A stretch of 64,000 nt of DNA from an uncultured Acidobacteriota bacterium (GTDB lineage: Bacteria > Acidobacteriota > JAQAZP01), in contig CAWIIB010000009.1 in assembly GCA_963836075.1 (NCBI GenBank), forward strand, positions 2,880,001 to 2,944,000, read 5' to 3'. The notes beneath the pieces were generated by a model. That model worked only from the letters and a program-made list of their open reading frames with translations, made no database searches and was not told the origin of the DNA. Of this stretch, positions 8,978 through 19,291 are shown in pieces (the stretch's first letter is position 1; each line of letters opens with the position of its first letter). Made by a program: the position numbers and the translations under genes.

Positions 8978-10912
8978 CTACCCCTGATCGAGCCGGCTTG
9001 CGGGAGTGACCGGCCCGGGAGATGAGCGTTCCAGGGTGTGCAACTCGCGGATCAGGTCCAGCAGTTCGGATCTGGCCGTACGGAAAGTGGCCGGTGTGAT
9101 GACCCGGTCGATGCGCTGGCCGCCGGGAGCCAGATCCATGAACGGGGCGAGAATCGACTGCAGGCGAGCGGCCATCTTTCGGCTCACTTCCGGGTGGCTC
9201 TTTTTCAGTTCGATCAGCAGGTTTTCGGCCAGCGTGCAGTAGCGCAGGTCGTTCACCCCTTCGCGCACCGCCTCCCACCAGTAGGTGGGCACCATCCCGT
9301 CCTTGCCGGGGTAGGCGATCACCGGGTCCTGGCCGTCCTCATCGGTGAAGGGCGTTCCCCGGGGGCGGAAATAGGTCCAGGCCGCCGCGCCGTCCAGACG
9401 GCTGTTGAAGAGGTAGAAGCCGAAGAGCAGCCGGCCATAGAATGGTGACTTGAAGGAGCCCAGCGGGAAGTAGTAACACTCGATCCAGTCATGTTTGGAC
9501 TGCGGTGTTCGGCCGTCCCGTGTGCGGCCCCCGGCGACGTCATCCTGTAGCGTACCGATGTAATCGAACAGCTCCTGGTTACGTGACGAGGGCCGCTTTC
9601 CGGCGGGCGCGCTGCCCCGCGACCCCCTGTCCCTCCGCGTCCGCTCCTCGCGGTCTCCGCGCGGTGCCCCCTTTGCCGTGCTGCGCTCCTCGCGATCACC
9701 GCCGGCCCGGCCGATGGACTGCAGGCCCAGTCCGTAGTTTGCCCAGTCCAGAGGCTCGAAGGCCCCCGGCAGGCCGTAGTCGGCCAGGGTGGTGTAGAGG
9801 TCGCTGTCGCGCCGGGCCAGTTCCGTGGCCAGCGGGTAGGGCAGGGATGTGGTGACCCGCCCGCCCAGGGCATGGATTCTGGCGGACAGCTTCACATGAT
9901 CGGCCATCCGGGACCAGGGTCGGCCGGTACGGCGCGACTTGGGCTGCGGCTCGTCCACCCCGTAGAAATACTGTTGCAGGTCTCCGGCATTCAGACCGGC
10001 CTCCGGCCTGGACCGCGGTTCGTCCATCTGGACCAGGTGCGTGAATCCCAGCTCCTGGAGCAGGCCCACGGCCTTGTCTCGCGCCTTTCCACTGAGCACC
10101 CCGGTGAGGCGGGTGGCGGTCATGCCGTGGGCCGCCTGGTCCCGCATGGCCTCTTCGAAGCGGGTGGCGGAGGGGGAGGCGAAGTCGTTGGCCACCCTCA
10201 GGATCTTGCCGTGGGGGGGGAGGGCGAAGGGCAGGACCTCCACCAGCAGCGGGATGGTGAGATCCAGCCCGGGGGTGTCGGCCGCGATGGTGACCGAGGC
10301 CTGGTAGCTGCCCGGTGCGAGTTCCGCCGGAACGGTCACCCTGAGCAGCAGGTATTTGACCTCTCCGGGACCCAGGGTCGCCGTGACCAGGTCACCGGAC
10401 AGCTGCGAGGCCAGCCGGCCCGCGGTTGCCGTTGTGATCCGGCGGTCGAACTTCGGTTCGTCGGAAAGCAGGATGTCGGGGTAGGCGGAGCTGAGCGCGG
10501 CCAGCTGCCGTGACCCGAGCAGTGTGCCCATGTAGCGGTTGTTGCGGGGAAGCCCGCGGATGAGGTAGACCTCGACCAGTTCCAGGGTCTGGCCGCCGGG
10601 CCCCGTGGCGCTGCCGGCACGAGCGGTGATCGTCCGCAGCTCGGTGACGCCGTGGATCCCCACCACCGCCACGGTGGTGGTTTCCCCCGGCGCGGCGGCG
10701 GCACGGATCGTCTCCGGAAAGCCGGGGGCCGCGCTGGCGGAGAGTGGGCCGCCGGCGGGCAGGTCGATGGAAAAGGGCTCGACGGAGCGCAGGGTCAGCG
10801 TTTCGGCCCCTGCGGCCCAGGGGCACGAGACGAGCAGCAGCAGCGCCAGAACAGCGGGAAGAACCCGGTGGCCTGCTGAGGGCCGACTGTGGTGGTCTGT
10901 CCCGATCATCAT
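8978..10912 (-). CDS. Secreted hypothetical protein, glycoside hydrolase-like (DUF4091/GH123-like C-terminus)
   Basis: Signal peptide (LALLLLVSCPWAAGA), YFYGVDEP and C-terminal YPG....PT..WEAVREGVNDLRY. Confidence 0.6.
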   Translation of the reverse strand: MMIGTDHHSRPSAGHRVLPAVLALLLLVSCPWAAGAETLTLRSVEPFSIDLPAGGPLSASAAPGFPETIRAAAAPGETTTVAVVGIHGVTELRTITARAGSATGPGGQTLELVEVYLIRGLPRNNRYMGTLLGSRQLAALSSAYPDILLSDEPKFDRRITTATAGRLASQLSGDLVTATLGPGEVKYLLLRVTVPAELAPGSYQASVTIAADTPGLDLTIPLLVEVLPFALPPHGKILRVANDFASPSATRFEEAMRDQAAHGMTATRLTGVLSGKARDKAVGLLQELGFTHLVQMDEPRSRPEAGLNAGDLQQYFYGVDEPQPKSRRTGRPWSRMADHVKLSARIHALGGRVTTSLPYPLATELARRDSDLYTTLADYGLPGAFEPLDWANYGLGLQSIGRAGGDREERSTAKGAPRGDREERTRRDRGSRGSAPAGKRPSSRNQELFDYIGTLQDDVAGGRTRDGRTPQSKHDWIECYYFPLGSFKSPFYGRLLFGFYLFNSRLDGAAAWTYFRPRGTPFTDEDGQDPVIAYPGKDGMVPTYWWEAVREGVNDLRYCTLAENLLIELKKSHPEVSRKMAARLQSILAPFMDLAPGGQRIDRVITPATFRTARSELLDLIRELHTLERSSPGPVTPASRLDQG

Positions 10913-10923
10913 CCGAGATCTCG

Positions 10924-12323
10924 TTAGAGATACCCGAGCCCCTTGAGCCGTTCCTCGATCAGCGCGGTGAACTCCGTTTCCTGACCGGTTCTGGTGGACT
11001 CGATGGCGGCAACCCATCCGTCGAGCTTGCCCTGCAGGTTTTCGGCCAATTGGGGCTGGGCATCCACGATGTTGTTCAACTCGCCCGGGTCTTCATTGAG
11101 ATCGTAGAGTTCGTTATTGCCGTCCGAGCCCCAGATATATTTGTGGTCGCGGGTACGCAGGGCCCGCAGCTGGCGTTCGAAACGGGTGCGGTCGAAGTTG
11201 GGGAACAGCCTGGCGATGCGCCGGATGTTCGGCGCCAGTTCTTCGGAGATGGTGAACTGCAGGGGGTGCTCGGCGATCTGGTCCGGCAGCAGGCAGCGTC
11301 CCCGGATGTCTCCGGCCAGGCCGTTTCTCGAGGCGCCGGTGACGTCGAGGATGGTGGTGAACAGTTCGTTGCTCTGGACCAGTTCATCCGTCCGTACCCC
11401 GGCTTGGCCGGCGCTGGTGGGATACTTGATGACCAGCGGCACGTGGATCAGGGTGTCGTACAGACAGGTACCTGGTGCGCCATCATGCCGTAATCGCCGA
11501 GGTTCTCCCCGTGGTCCGAGGTAATGATCACCATCGTGTTGTCCATCGATGCGTAGTGGTCCACCACCTTGAGCAGCTCGCCGATCTTTTCGTCCATGTA
11601 GGCGATCTCGCCGTCGTAGCGGCCGGCCAGCAGCTCCAGGTCCTCTTCGCTCATTTTCTGTTCGCCGACGATGTAGCGGTGGGGGTCCTGGTTGACCTTC
11701 ATCGCCGCTGCGGTGCGGTCACCGAGAAAGCGCCGGGTCTGCTCGTGCTCGTAGTGCGGGAGATGCGGATCGCCGAGCAGGGCGAAGAGGAAGAAGGGCT
11801 TGTCCTTGCGATACTGGCCCCGGAACCACTGGTCGATCCATTTCACGGTGCTGCGGCTCAGCCGGCCGTTGCGCACGGCGTAGAGCTTCTCGTAGGCCTT
11901 GACCGCCGTGGCTCCCAGCTTGGTCATCCGGGACAGCCGTTCCATGAACGGATTGCGCAGCCAGTAGGTGTCGTAGCCCCGGTCGAACCCGAAGTCCCGG
12001 GCCAGCCAGGCGTTGTTGGGAAAGCCCACGGTCTGGTAGCCTTCGTCACTCATCACCTGGCCGATGGGCCGCAGCTCGTCGCTGAGCAGCGGGTTGTCGA
12101 AGGTGGTGCCGTGCTGGGAGACATGAAGCCCGGTGAACATGGAGGCGTGGGATGGCAGGGTCCAGCAGGCGGTGGAAAAGCAGTTCTCGTACAGCACGCC
12201 CTTCTCAGCCAGCCCCTCCAGAGTAGGGGTTGTCGGACGGGAATACCCGTAACAGGACAGGTGGTCCTGTCTGGTGGCATCCATGGAAATGAACACGACA
12301 TTCGGTCGGATGGTTGTAGGCAT
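10924..12323 (-). CDS. Sulfatase-like hydrolase/transferase (AlkP superfamily); +2 frameshift at GGTACC 11467-11472
   Basis: PNVVFISMD, WTLPSHASMFTG, YDGEIAYMD, TSDHGENLG. Removing 2 nt restores HQYCLYDTLIHVPL and joins ORF 10924-11442 (ELYDL..DPGE, RLKGLGYL). Confidence 0.85.
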
Positions 12324-12336
12324 CGTCACTCCTGGT

Positions 12337-12990
12337 TCAATCAAACCATCGCAAAACCTGGTACGCTTCCGCGAAGGCCAGGCCCGCTTCCATTCCACGC
12401 TGGTGGGCCTTGATCTCGATGGCGCCCTCGGAATAGGGGTGGGGGAACTGCCGGGCTTCGTTGACGTAGCAACTGAAGGCTTTCTTCTTTATCTCGATGG
12501 TGCGGGTCACGTCGACATAGAAGTTGGCCCGGAAATTGTCCGCATGGAACTCAGCGTTGTTGATCACTTCGCAAGCCAGCACCCGGGTGCGGCGGATGAC
12601 CGGACGGGCATAGAGCAGGGCCATCTCGTGGATCACCCGGTGGTCGCGATTGAGGTCCTGGCCGCTGTGGGTCAGGATCAGTTCCGGGTCGAGGCCCAGC
12701 GCTTCAAGTTCGCCGGTGATCTCCATGGTGCGGTAACTCTCGAACCGCTGCTCCTCCATCTCCAGGAAATGCACCTCGTGGATGCCCAGCACGGTGGCCG
12801 CCGCCTCGGTATGGGCCCGGTTGTCCACATCCTGCCCCTTGCGCTGGAAACGGGCGCAGGAGCCGATGACCAGCACCACCCGGTACCCCCGCTCCACAAG
12901 CAGCGGGATATATCCGCCGCAGCCCACCGATTCGTCGTCGCCATGGGCGACAAAAACAAGTGCCTGTCTGGTATTGGTCGCTGTTGTCAC
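12337..12990 (-). CDS. PIG-L/LmbE family deacetylase
   Basis: VAHGDDESVGCGG, THS.QDLNRDH, YVDVT, RGMEAG..FAEAY. Confidence 0.88.
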   Translation of the reverse strand: MTTATNTRQALVFVAHGDDESVGCGGYIPLLVERGYRVVLVIGSCARFQRKGQDVDNRAHTEAAATVLGIHEVHFLEMEEQRFESYRTMEITGELEALGLDPELILTHSGQDLNRDHRVIHEMALLYARPVIRRTRVLACEVINNAEFHADNFRANFYVDVTRTIEIKKKAFSCYVNEARQFPHPYSEGAIEIKAHQRGMEAGLAFAEAYQVLRWFD

Positions 12991-13005
12991 TCTTCTACTC
13001 CCCAA

Positions 13006-13895
13006 TCATGAAACCCGTGCCATGTCGATGATGCTTTCCGATCGCTGGGCGAAGTCCCTGGTCAGGGGTACGGCCTTGGCGATGCTCAGCAGGCCGCGGG
13101 AGGCCGGGTTGAGCAGCAGTGTGCGGGCCAGCGGCCGGAGCACCACCCGCAGCTGCAGAAGCCGCTTGTCGTAGCCGGCGTACCGTTTGTAGCGGTCCAG
13201 GCCCTTGAGGTCGAGGATCGACTCGAACCCCCCCGAGACAAGCATAATATCATCCCGGCGGATCATCTCCCGGATCGCGGTGAACTGCAGCGCGTGATTG
13301 GCGTTGCTTTTCATCAGCGATGTTCGCGACATCTCGTAGAGCAGGTGGACGGTGCCGTCGGTGATGAAATAGATGAAGAAGGCGGCCAGCTGCCCCTCGA
13401 CGAACGAGCCCCAGGCGCCGGCGCCGGGAGTGCTTTGGCCGGCGTCGCAGAACCGCCGCCACAGTTTCTCGTCCTGGAAGTGGGGGTCGGTCCGCTTCTG
13501 CCGGCCCAGCGTGTCATTGTTCAGTTCGAGGCCCTGGTCCCGCAGCAGGTCGAAGTCGATCTCCCGGACCTCGCAGTTCTTCAGACCCTTTCGCACGTAA
13601 GGGCGCTGCTTGATGTGCAGGCTGGGCAGGTCGTATTCCTTGTCCTCGACCACGTACAGCGCCCCGGCCTTGCCCCGGTCCCCCCGGGTGGTGGAGAACT
13701 TGAGCCCCAGTACCCGGTGCTCGCGGAAGATTTCGGCCAGCTCGTCCTGCAGGGCATCCTCGTCCTGATCGAGCATCAGGTCGGGGGGATACTGAGATAG
13801 ACGCTGCGGCTGGCCTCGTACCAGTAACTGTTCCGCGAGCGGATGACTTTGTACCCCGCCTGGCGCAGGAACTCTGCCATGTGATCGGCGTTCAC
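13006..13895 (-). CDS. FemAB/GNAT-like acyltransferase-fold protein; -1 frameshift in G6 homopolymer 13783-13788
   Basis: GTG start overlapping the GT4 stop (MNADHMAEFLRQAGYKV...SIPP) joins DLMLDQ... in ORF 13006-13950. Q R.YVRKG, ANHALQF and GLDRYKRYAGY motifs. Confidence 0.6.
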
Positions 13896-15119
13896 GATAT
13901 CCTCTTCTCGCTCTCCGGGACCGGTGCCAGCCTGGCGTCCCAGTCCACATCCGGCCTGCTGCGGTGGAGCAGCTCCCGGTACCATGTATCAGTACCGGAT
14001 GAAATAGCTTCGTTCGTCGAACTTTTCTTCCACCGTGGCGCGGGCCTGCCGCCCCAGCTTCCGGGCCAGATCCTCGTCCAGCAGGATCCGTTCGATGCCG
14101 TCGGCCAGGGGCACGGGGGACTTCACCGGCACCAGCAGCCCGTTGACCTCGTGCTCCACGGTTTCCCGGGTGCCACGCACATCGGTGCCCACCACCGGCT
14201 TGCCCATGGCGAAGGCCTCCATCACGTTGCGGGGTATCCCCTCGGCCCAGGTGGGCGAGACCAGCAGGTCCATGGTGCTGATCAGCTCGGGGATGTCGCT
14301 GCGGGTCCCCAGAAAGAGCAGCTTCCCCTCCAGGCCGAACTCCTTGATCAGGGCTTCGGGGTCGATCCCGCCCTTGGCCGGCGAGGCGGCGCCGATGGAG
14401 AGGAACGTCACCTTGTGGCCGCGGTCCTTGATCAGCATCCGCGCCGCTTCGAAATACTCGTGGAAGCCTTTCTCCACCACCAGCCGGCCTATCATTCCCG
14501 CCACTTTGTGATCCGGCGGGATGCCCAGCTCCTTCCTCTTGGCCGCCACCTGTTCCGCGGTGAACTTCTCCGGGTGGAAACGGCTGATGTCGATTCCGTT
14601 GCCCAGGAAGCGCAGTTTCTCCTCGGTGCAGATGCGGCGGTCCAGACAGGTCTGCAGGTCCTCGCGGTTCTGGCTCAGCACCAGCTGGCAGAAACGGGCG
14701 GCAAAGCGTTCGATCCAGACGTAGAAGGCCACGGCACTGGGCCGCATTTCGTCATGAAAATGAAAGCCGTGAATGGTGTAGAGGATCGCCGGCACTCCGG
14801 CGATCCGGGCGGCCATTCGGCCCAGCAGGCCCGGTTTGATGCAGTGGGTGTGAACGATGTGGAACCGTTCCTTCCGGAAATAGCGGACCAGCCTGATCAG
14901 CGTCATCAGGTCGCTCAGCGGCGTGATCCGGGAAGGGAAGGGGATCGCCTTGACGAAGAGGCCGTCCTCGTTGACGCAGTCCTCCTTGATGTATTCCCCC
15001 GGATTGCTGATGATCGAGGCGTCGTATCCCTGCTCCCTGAGATAGAGCATCTGGTTGCGCATGTGGATACGGATACCCAGATCGAAGTTGGTCAGATTGA
15101 CGACTTTAACCTTCTCCAT
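13892..15119 (-). CDS. Glycosyltransferase family 4; +1 frameshift at GTACC 13992-13996 gives a false early stop
   Basis: IVHTH..KPG, GNGID, GRLVVEKG, EGIPRNVMEA (EX7E). Removing one base extends it to ...ESEKRIS*, with TGA overlapping the next GTG. Confidence 0.9.
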
Positions 15120-15148
15120 CGTACACCCTGTCCGCCAGCCCTCTTGCG

Positions 15149-16802
15149 TCAGTCTATGTAGCCGAGATTGCGCAGCCGTTCCTCGACCTGTTCCTTCTCT
15201 TCGGGATTGAGCTCGTGCGCATCACCGCTGCCGCTGTCAACCGGTTCGGTGAAGCGCACCGGTTTCCGTTCCATCACGCCCGGCAGGTAGGCCTCCTCCA
15301 GCACCCGGCCGTCCATGTCGGTGGGCACCGGCAGGTCCAGCAGGTGGCAGATGGTGGGCGCCAGGTCGATGATCCGGGCGGTGTCGATGACCTCCCCCTT
15401 CTTGAAGTCCGGCCCGTGGGCCAGGAAGAGGCCGCGCATGCTGTGGGTGCCGCTGTAGTGGGCCAGGATTTCGCTGGTGGTGTCCCTGCTCATCCCGATG
15501 CCGCCGAAGTCGGCGTAGCGGTCGTCGACCCACTGCACGAAGAGGTCGGGCACCAGCGGGTCCATCAGGTCGGCGCCAAGTTCGTCCTTGCGAATCACGT
15601 TGGCCACCATCGGCTGGCCGTCCAGCGGCTCCTTGAGCGTGTCCAGGGCGGCGATGATCTTGCGGACCACCTCCTCGGTACTGCTCGCCGGGTTTGACGC
15701 AACCCTGTTCCTCGCGGCCTTCCACATTGATGTAGATCTGCCCGAAACCGCCGAAGGGGAAGGCCACGCTCCGGGACCAGTCCACGGACGAACCGAGGAG
15801 CATGGCGCTGCTGACCTTGACCCGCTTTTTTTGCGGTATCAGCTTGCGGGCCAGGTTGCGCAGTTTCAGGCGATTGATCAGTTTCAGCACGTTTTCCGGG
15901 GTGAGCCCGAGGTTGAACAGCGTTCCCCGGATCGATCCGCTGACACTCTTTTTCAGATTGAGCAGGCCGTGCTTCATGAACAGGTTGTCGAGGTAGACAT
16001 AGCGCCAGAAGGCGCAGGACCCGTGGTCCGACATCATCAGGATCGTGTCGTCATCGTTGAGTTTGGCCTTGATCTCGGCGATGGTCTGGTCCATCAGCTT
16101 GTAGTGGTCCAGCATCACGTTTCCGTACTTGGCCACACCCTCGGGGTCCTCCAGGGGGTACCCGGGGTCCTGGTGCCGGAAGAAGACATGGTTGAGGATA
16201 TCCGTCCCGCGGAAGACCACCATGAAGAAGTCCCACTCGTTGACCTCCATCAGGTGCAGCACAGCTTTCTGCCGCTTCCGCTCCACGTTCTCCACCACCT
16301 CGAGATAGGAATCCTCCTCGCCGATGCGGAATTTCTGGCTCCGTTCGATTTCATAGTCGAACCGGGAGAGCAGTTTCTCCTTCAGCGATGCGGGGTAGGT
16401 GAACTCGCTCTCGCGGCTCGGCGTTTCCAGGCCGGTGACCAGGAAGCCGTTCACCTCGGAGGGCGGGTAGGTGCTGGGGATGTTCATCAGACCCACCTTC
16501 TTCCCGTTGCGGGAGAGCAGGTCGCCGATGGACTCGCCCTTGATGTGGGTCTTGTTGAAGGGTTCCATGCCAATGGCCCCCTTGCGGCGGATCCAGGAGA
16601 AGAGGCCGTGGTTGGACGGGTTCTTCCCGGTGAGGAATGAGGTCCACGCCGGCGTGGTGACCGGCGGAATGACCGATTCCAGTGTTCCCTTTACTCCCTC
16701 TGATATCAGTTTGGAGAACGTCGGCAGGTGACCTTCGGCAGCCCACCGGTCCACGAAATCATAGGTGGCACTGTCCAGGCCGATGACAAATATCCGTCCC
16801 AT
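15149..16802 (-). CDS. Type I phosphodiesterase/nucleotide pyrophosphatase family (AlkP superfamily) protein; +1 frameshift at GGTAC 15677-15681
   Basis: IGLDSAT, PPVTTPAWTSFLTGKNP, MSDHG, SGTHSMRG, IIDLAPT and RLRNLGYID. Correction restores EQYEEVVRK. Confidence 0.87.
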
Positions 16803-17007
16803 TGGCGGCGAGCACTCCTGTATTTGGTCGCTATTGGTTTTCGACGGGTACCGTGAGACCGTTCCGGTTTCCGGCCGTGAGACCTGGCAGCCCGGTTCCG
16901 TTCAGGTATTTACCGTCGCCCCGGACCAGTTCAGACGACGGTTCGATGGGCGGCAAGCGCGTCTGCGCCGTGCAGAATGGGAGAAGTAGTTCACATCACC
17001 TGAAAAG

Positions 17008-17589
17008 TCAAGGGACCACTACCACATCCCCGCTGTTGAGAAAAACGTTCATCTCCAGGTTTTTCCCCTTCTTGACATCGTTGTAGTCGAAGGAGATGGC
17101 TTGCTGCCCGCCGGCGGTGCTGCGGATGATCTTGATCTTGTCCGGGTTGGATATGGCCAGGTTGTCAAACCCGCCGGCCATGGCCAGCGCCTGCAGCACA
17201 TTCACCGGCCGCTGGGCACCGAACTCCCCGGGGTTGTTGACCTTGCCGATGACGTAGACCTTGTAGCTGTTGGCCTCCTCCAGGATCACGATGATCTGGG
17301 TGTCCGGCAGGTATTCCCTGAGCCGCCGGGTGATCTCCGACCTGATCTGGGGAATGGTGTAGCCCATGGCCATCACGTCACCGGCCAGGGGGAAGGTGAT
17401 GTAGCCGTCGGGTTGGACCACCACCTTCCGTGAATGATAGTCGTCCTTCCAGACCAGGATTTCCAGTTTGTCACCCGGGCCCACCCGGTAGAACCGTTCC
17501 CGTTCGGCCTTGCTTTCCCCCTGCTGGGCAAGGGCAAGACCAGGCACGAGAAATGCGATGCAGATCAAGATGGCAGTGAGTGAACGCAC
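17008..17589 (-). CDS. Polysaccharide biosynthesis/export protein (Wza/Poly_export + SLBB)
   Basis: YRVGPGDKLEI.VW, V.PDGYITFPLAG, V.V.GKVNNPG, ALAMAGG, L.SGDVVVVP. GTG start with AAGGAG RBS. Confidence 0.9.
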   Translation of the reverse strand: MRSLTAILICIAFLVPGLALAQQGESKAERERFYRVGPGDKLEILVWKDDYHSRKVVVQPDGYITFPLAGDVMAMGYTIPQIRSEITRRLREYLPDTQIIVILEEANSYKVYVIGKVNNPGEFGAQRPVNVLQALAMAGGFDNLAISNPDKIKIIRSTAGGQQAISFDYNDVKKGKNLEMNVFLNSGDVVVVP

Positions 17590-17994
17590 AGGTACTATCT
17601 CCTTGAATCCGATTGACAATTCGTGGCCAGGTCTTACCTGCTGCCCGCGGGGCGCCACCGGCCGGGTATGCGCTTCACCTCGTCGATCCGGAATGTGGCG
17701 CAAGAGCATTTATTATATTGAAATTACCGAAAGTCGCAAGTTCTCCGGGCCCTCCCATCCCCGGGAGAGGGTATCGATCTTTTCGAACTGTGCTACAATG
17801 GCGATGATCAGAAAACAGGAGAGATGGTGGTGGACAGCACCCCGCCTCTTCCACACCCTAGTCTTATTCCAGGTGTATTTTTCATCGTGATTTGTCGACG
17901 TTGGGGCACAATCCGGACTGCGGGGATATGCACGTCACCTGTGCCCGGTGGCAGCCTGTCCACCATAGCCCGGCCCACCGGGACGGCAGGCCTG

Positions 17995-19284
17995 ATGGCC
18001 CTGCTGATGGTCCTCTTGTTGTTGCTCGGCCCGGCAACCGCGGTTCTGGCCGAGGATCTGGACGAGGGTGACGAAAAAGCGGATCGCGGTGCCCCCAAGC
18101 GGGTCCAGTCCATCGAACAGGCGATCAGGGGCAAGCGGCACCAGGGCCCCCTGTTCGTGAAGATGGCTCTTGCCCTGGAGCAGGTGGGCTACGATTCCAA
18201 CCTGTTCAATGACGAGGAGGACGCAACCGGGGCGTTCAGCATGACCCTGGCCCCGCAACTCGAGGTGATGCTTCCGGTGGGGGCGCACCAGCTGTTTCAG
18301 GCATCGGGCAAGCTCGGCCTGGTGGCGTTCAGCGAATCACCACCGGGCAACTATATCAACGTCTATGGCGGTGTGAGATACGACCTCTACCGCAAACGGG
18401 TCCATTTTTCGCTGACCGACCACTTCGCACGGGACCGGCGGCGGTTCAACGTGGAGTTCAACCAGCGGATCCTGATGAACAGCAACGAAGCCAGCGCGGA
18501 GGTTGCCGTGCGCCTGGCCAACCGGCTGCACTCCGGTTTCAATTACCATCTGAACTCGGTGCGCTTCGACAGCGGGGCCGAACTGGAAGATCAGCCCGGG
18601 CTGTCACTGTCCGAGATCCTCGACCGCGACGAGCACAAGGCCGGCTGGCGGTCCCGCTACGGCATCTCGTCGAGATCCACCGCCACGCTGGACCTGGACT
18701 ACACCGATTACCGGTTCAAGATGCCGGACAACATCCGCGAGTCATACGAGTGGTCCGCCTCCACCGGTATCGAGATCAACGAGCCGGCCGTAATTTCCGG
18801 TGTGGCGCAGATCGGCTACACGGTTTTCAGAGGCCGGGTGGTGGAGGACCAGGATTTCGACGGAGTGCTCTGGAACGCGGCCCTGACCTGGAAGATGAGC
18901 CAGAGGTTTCACCTGTTGCTGGAATCGAGACGGGACCGGGTTTTTTCTGCGTACACCGACAACCTGTATTTCCTGAATACGATCAACCAGCCCACCATCC
19001 GTATTCACCTGCAGGACCTGACCTGGCTCGGGCTGGGCTATGCCTGGTCCAACAGTCTCTACCCCGTGGAATCGATAGATGCCGGCACTGCGGAAGCCCC
19101 CAACTTCGTCGGCCGGGAGGACGAAATCACCGGCCCGGTGCTGACCCTCCGGCACCAGACGGGGAAGCAGGCGGGAAAGACCTACACCATGGGCATGGAA
19201 GCGCGCTACCTGACCCGTGAATCGAACGCGGTCAACAGCTACGAACGCTTCTTCGTCTTTTTCAGCTTTCAGGTGGAGCTGTAG
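17995..19284 (+). CDS. Outer-membrane beta-barrel protein (BBP2/capsular polysaccharide-associated type)
   Basis: Signal peptide, GYDSNLF, alternating amphipathic strands and C-terminal YERFFVFFSFQVEL. Divergent from the Wza-like gene; start could be further upstream (17824). Confidence 0.72.
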   Translation: MALLMVLLLLLGPATAVLAEDLDEGDEKADRGAPKRVQSIEQAIRGKRHQGPLFVKMALALEQVGYDSNLFNDEEDATGAFSMTLAPQLEVMLPVGAHQLFQASGKLGLVAFSESPPGNYINVYGGVRYDLYRKRVHFSLTDHFARDRRRFNVEFNQRILMNSNEASAEVAVRLANRLHSGFNYHLNSVRFDSGAELEDQPGLSLSEILDRDEHKAGWRSRYGISSRSTATLDLDYTDYRFKMPDNIRESYEWSASTGIEINEPAVISGVAQIGYTVFRGRVVEDQDFDGVLWNAALTWKMSQRFHLLLESRRDRVFSAYTDNLYFLNTINQPTIRIHLQDLTWLGLGYAWSNSLYPVESIDAGTAEAPNFVGREDEITGPVLTLRHQTGKQAGKTYTMGMEARYLTRESNAVNSYERFFVFFSFQVEL

Positions 19285-19291
19285 CCGGGAT

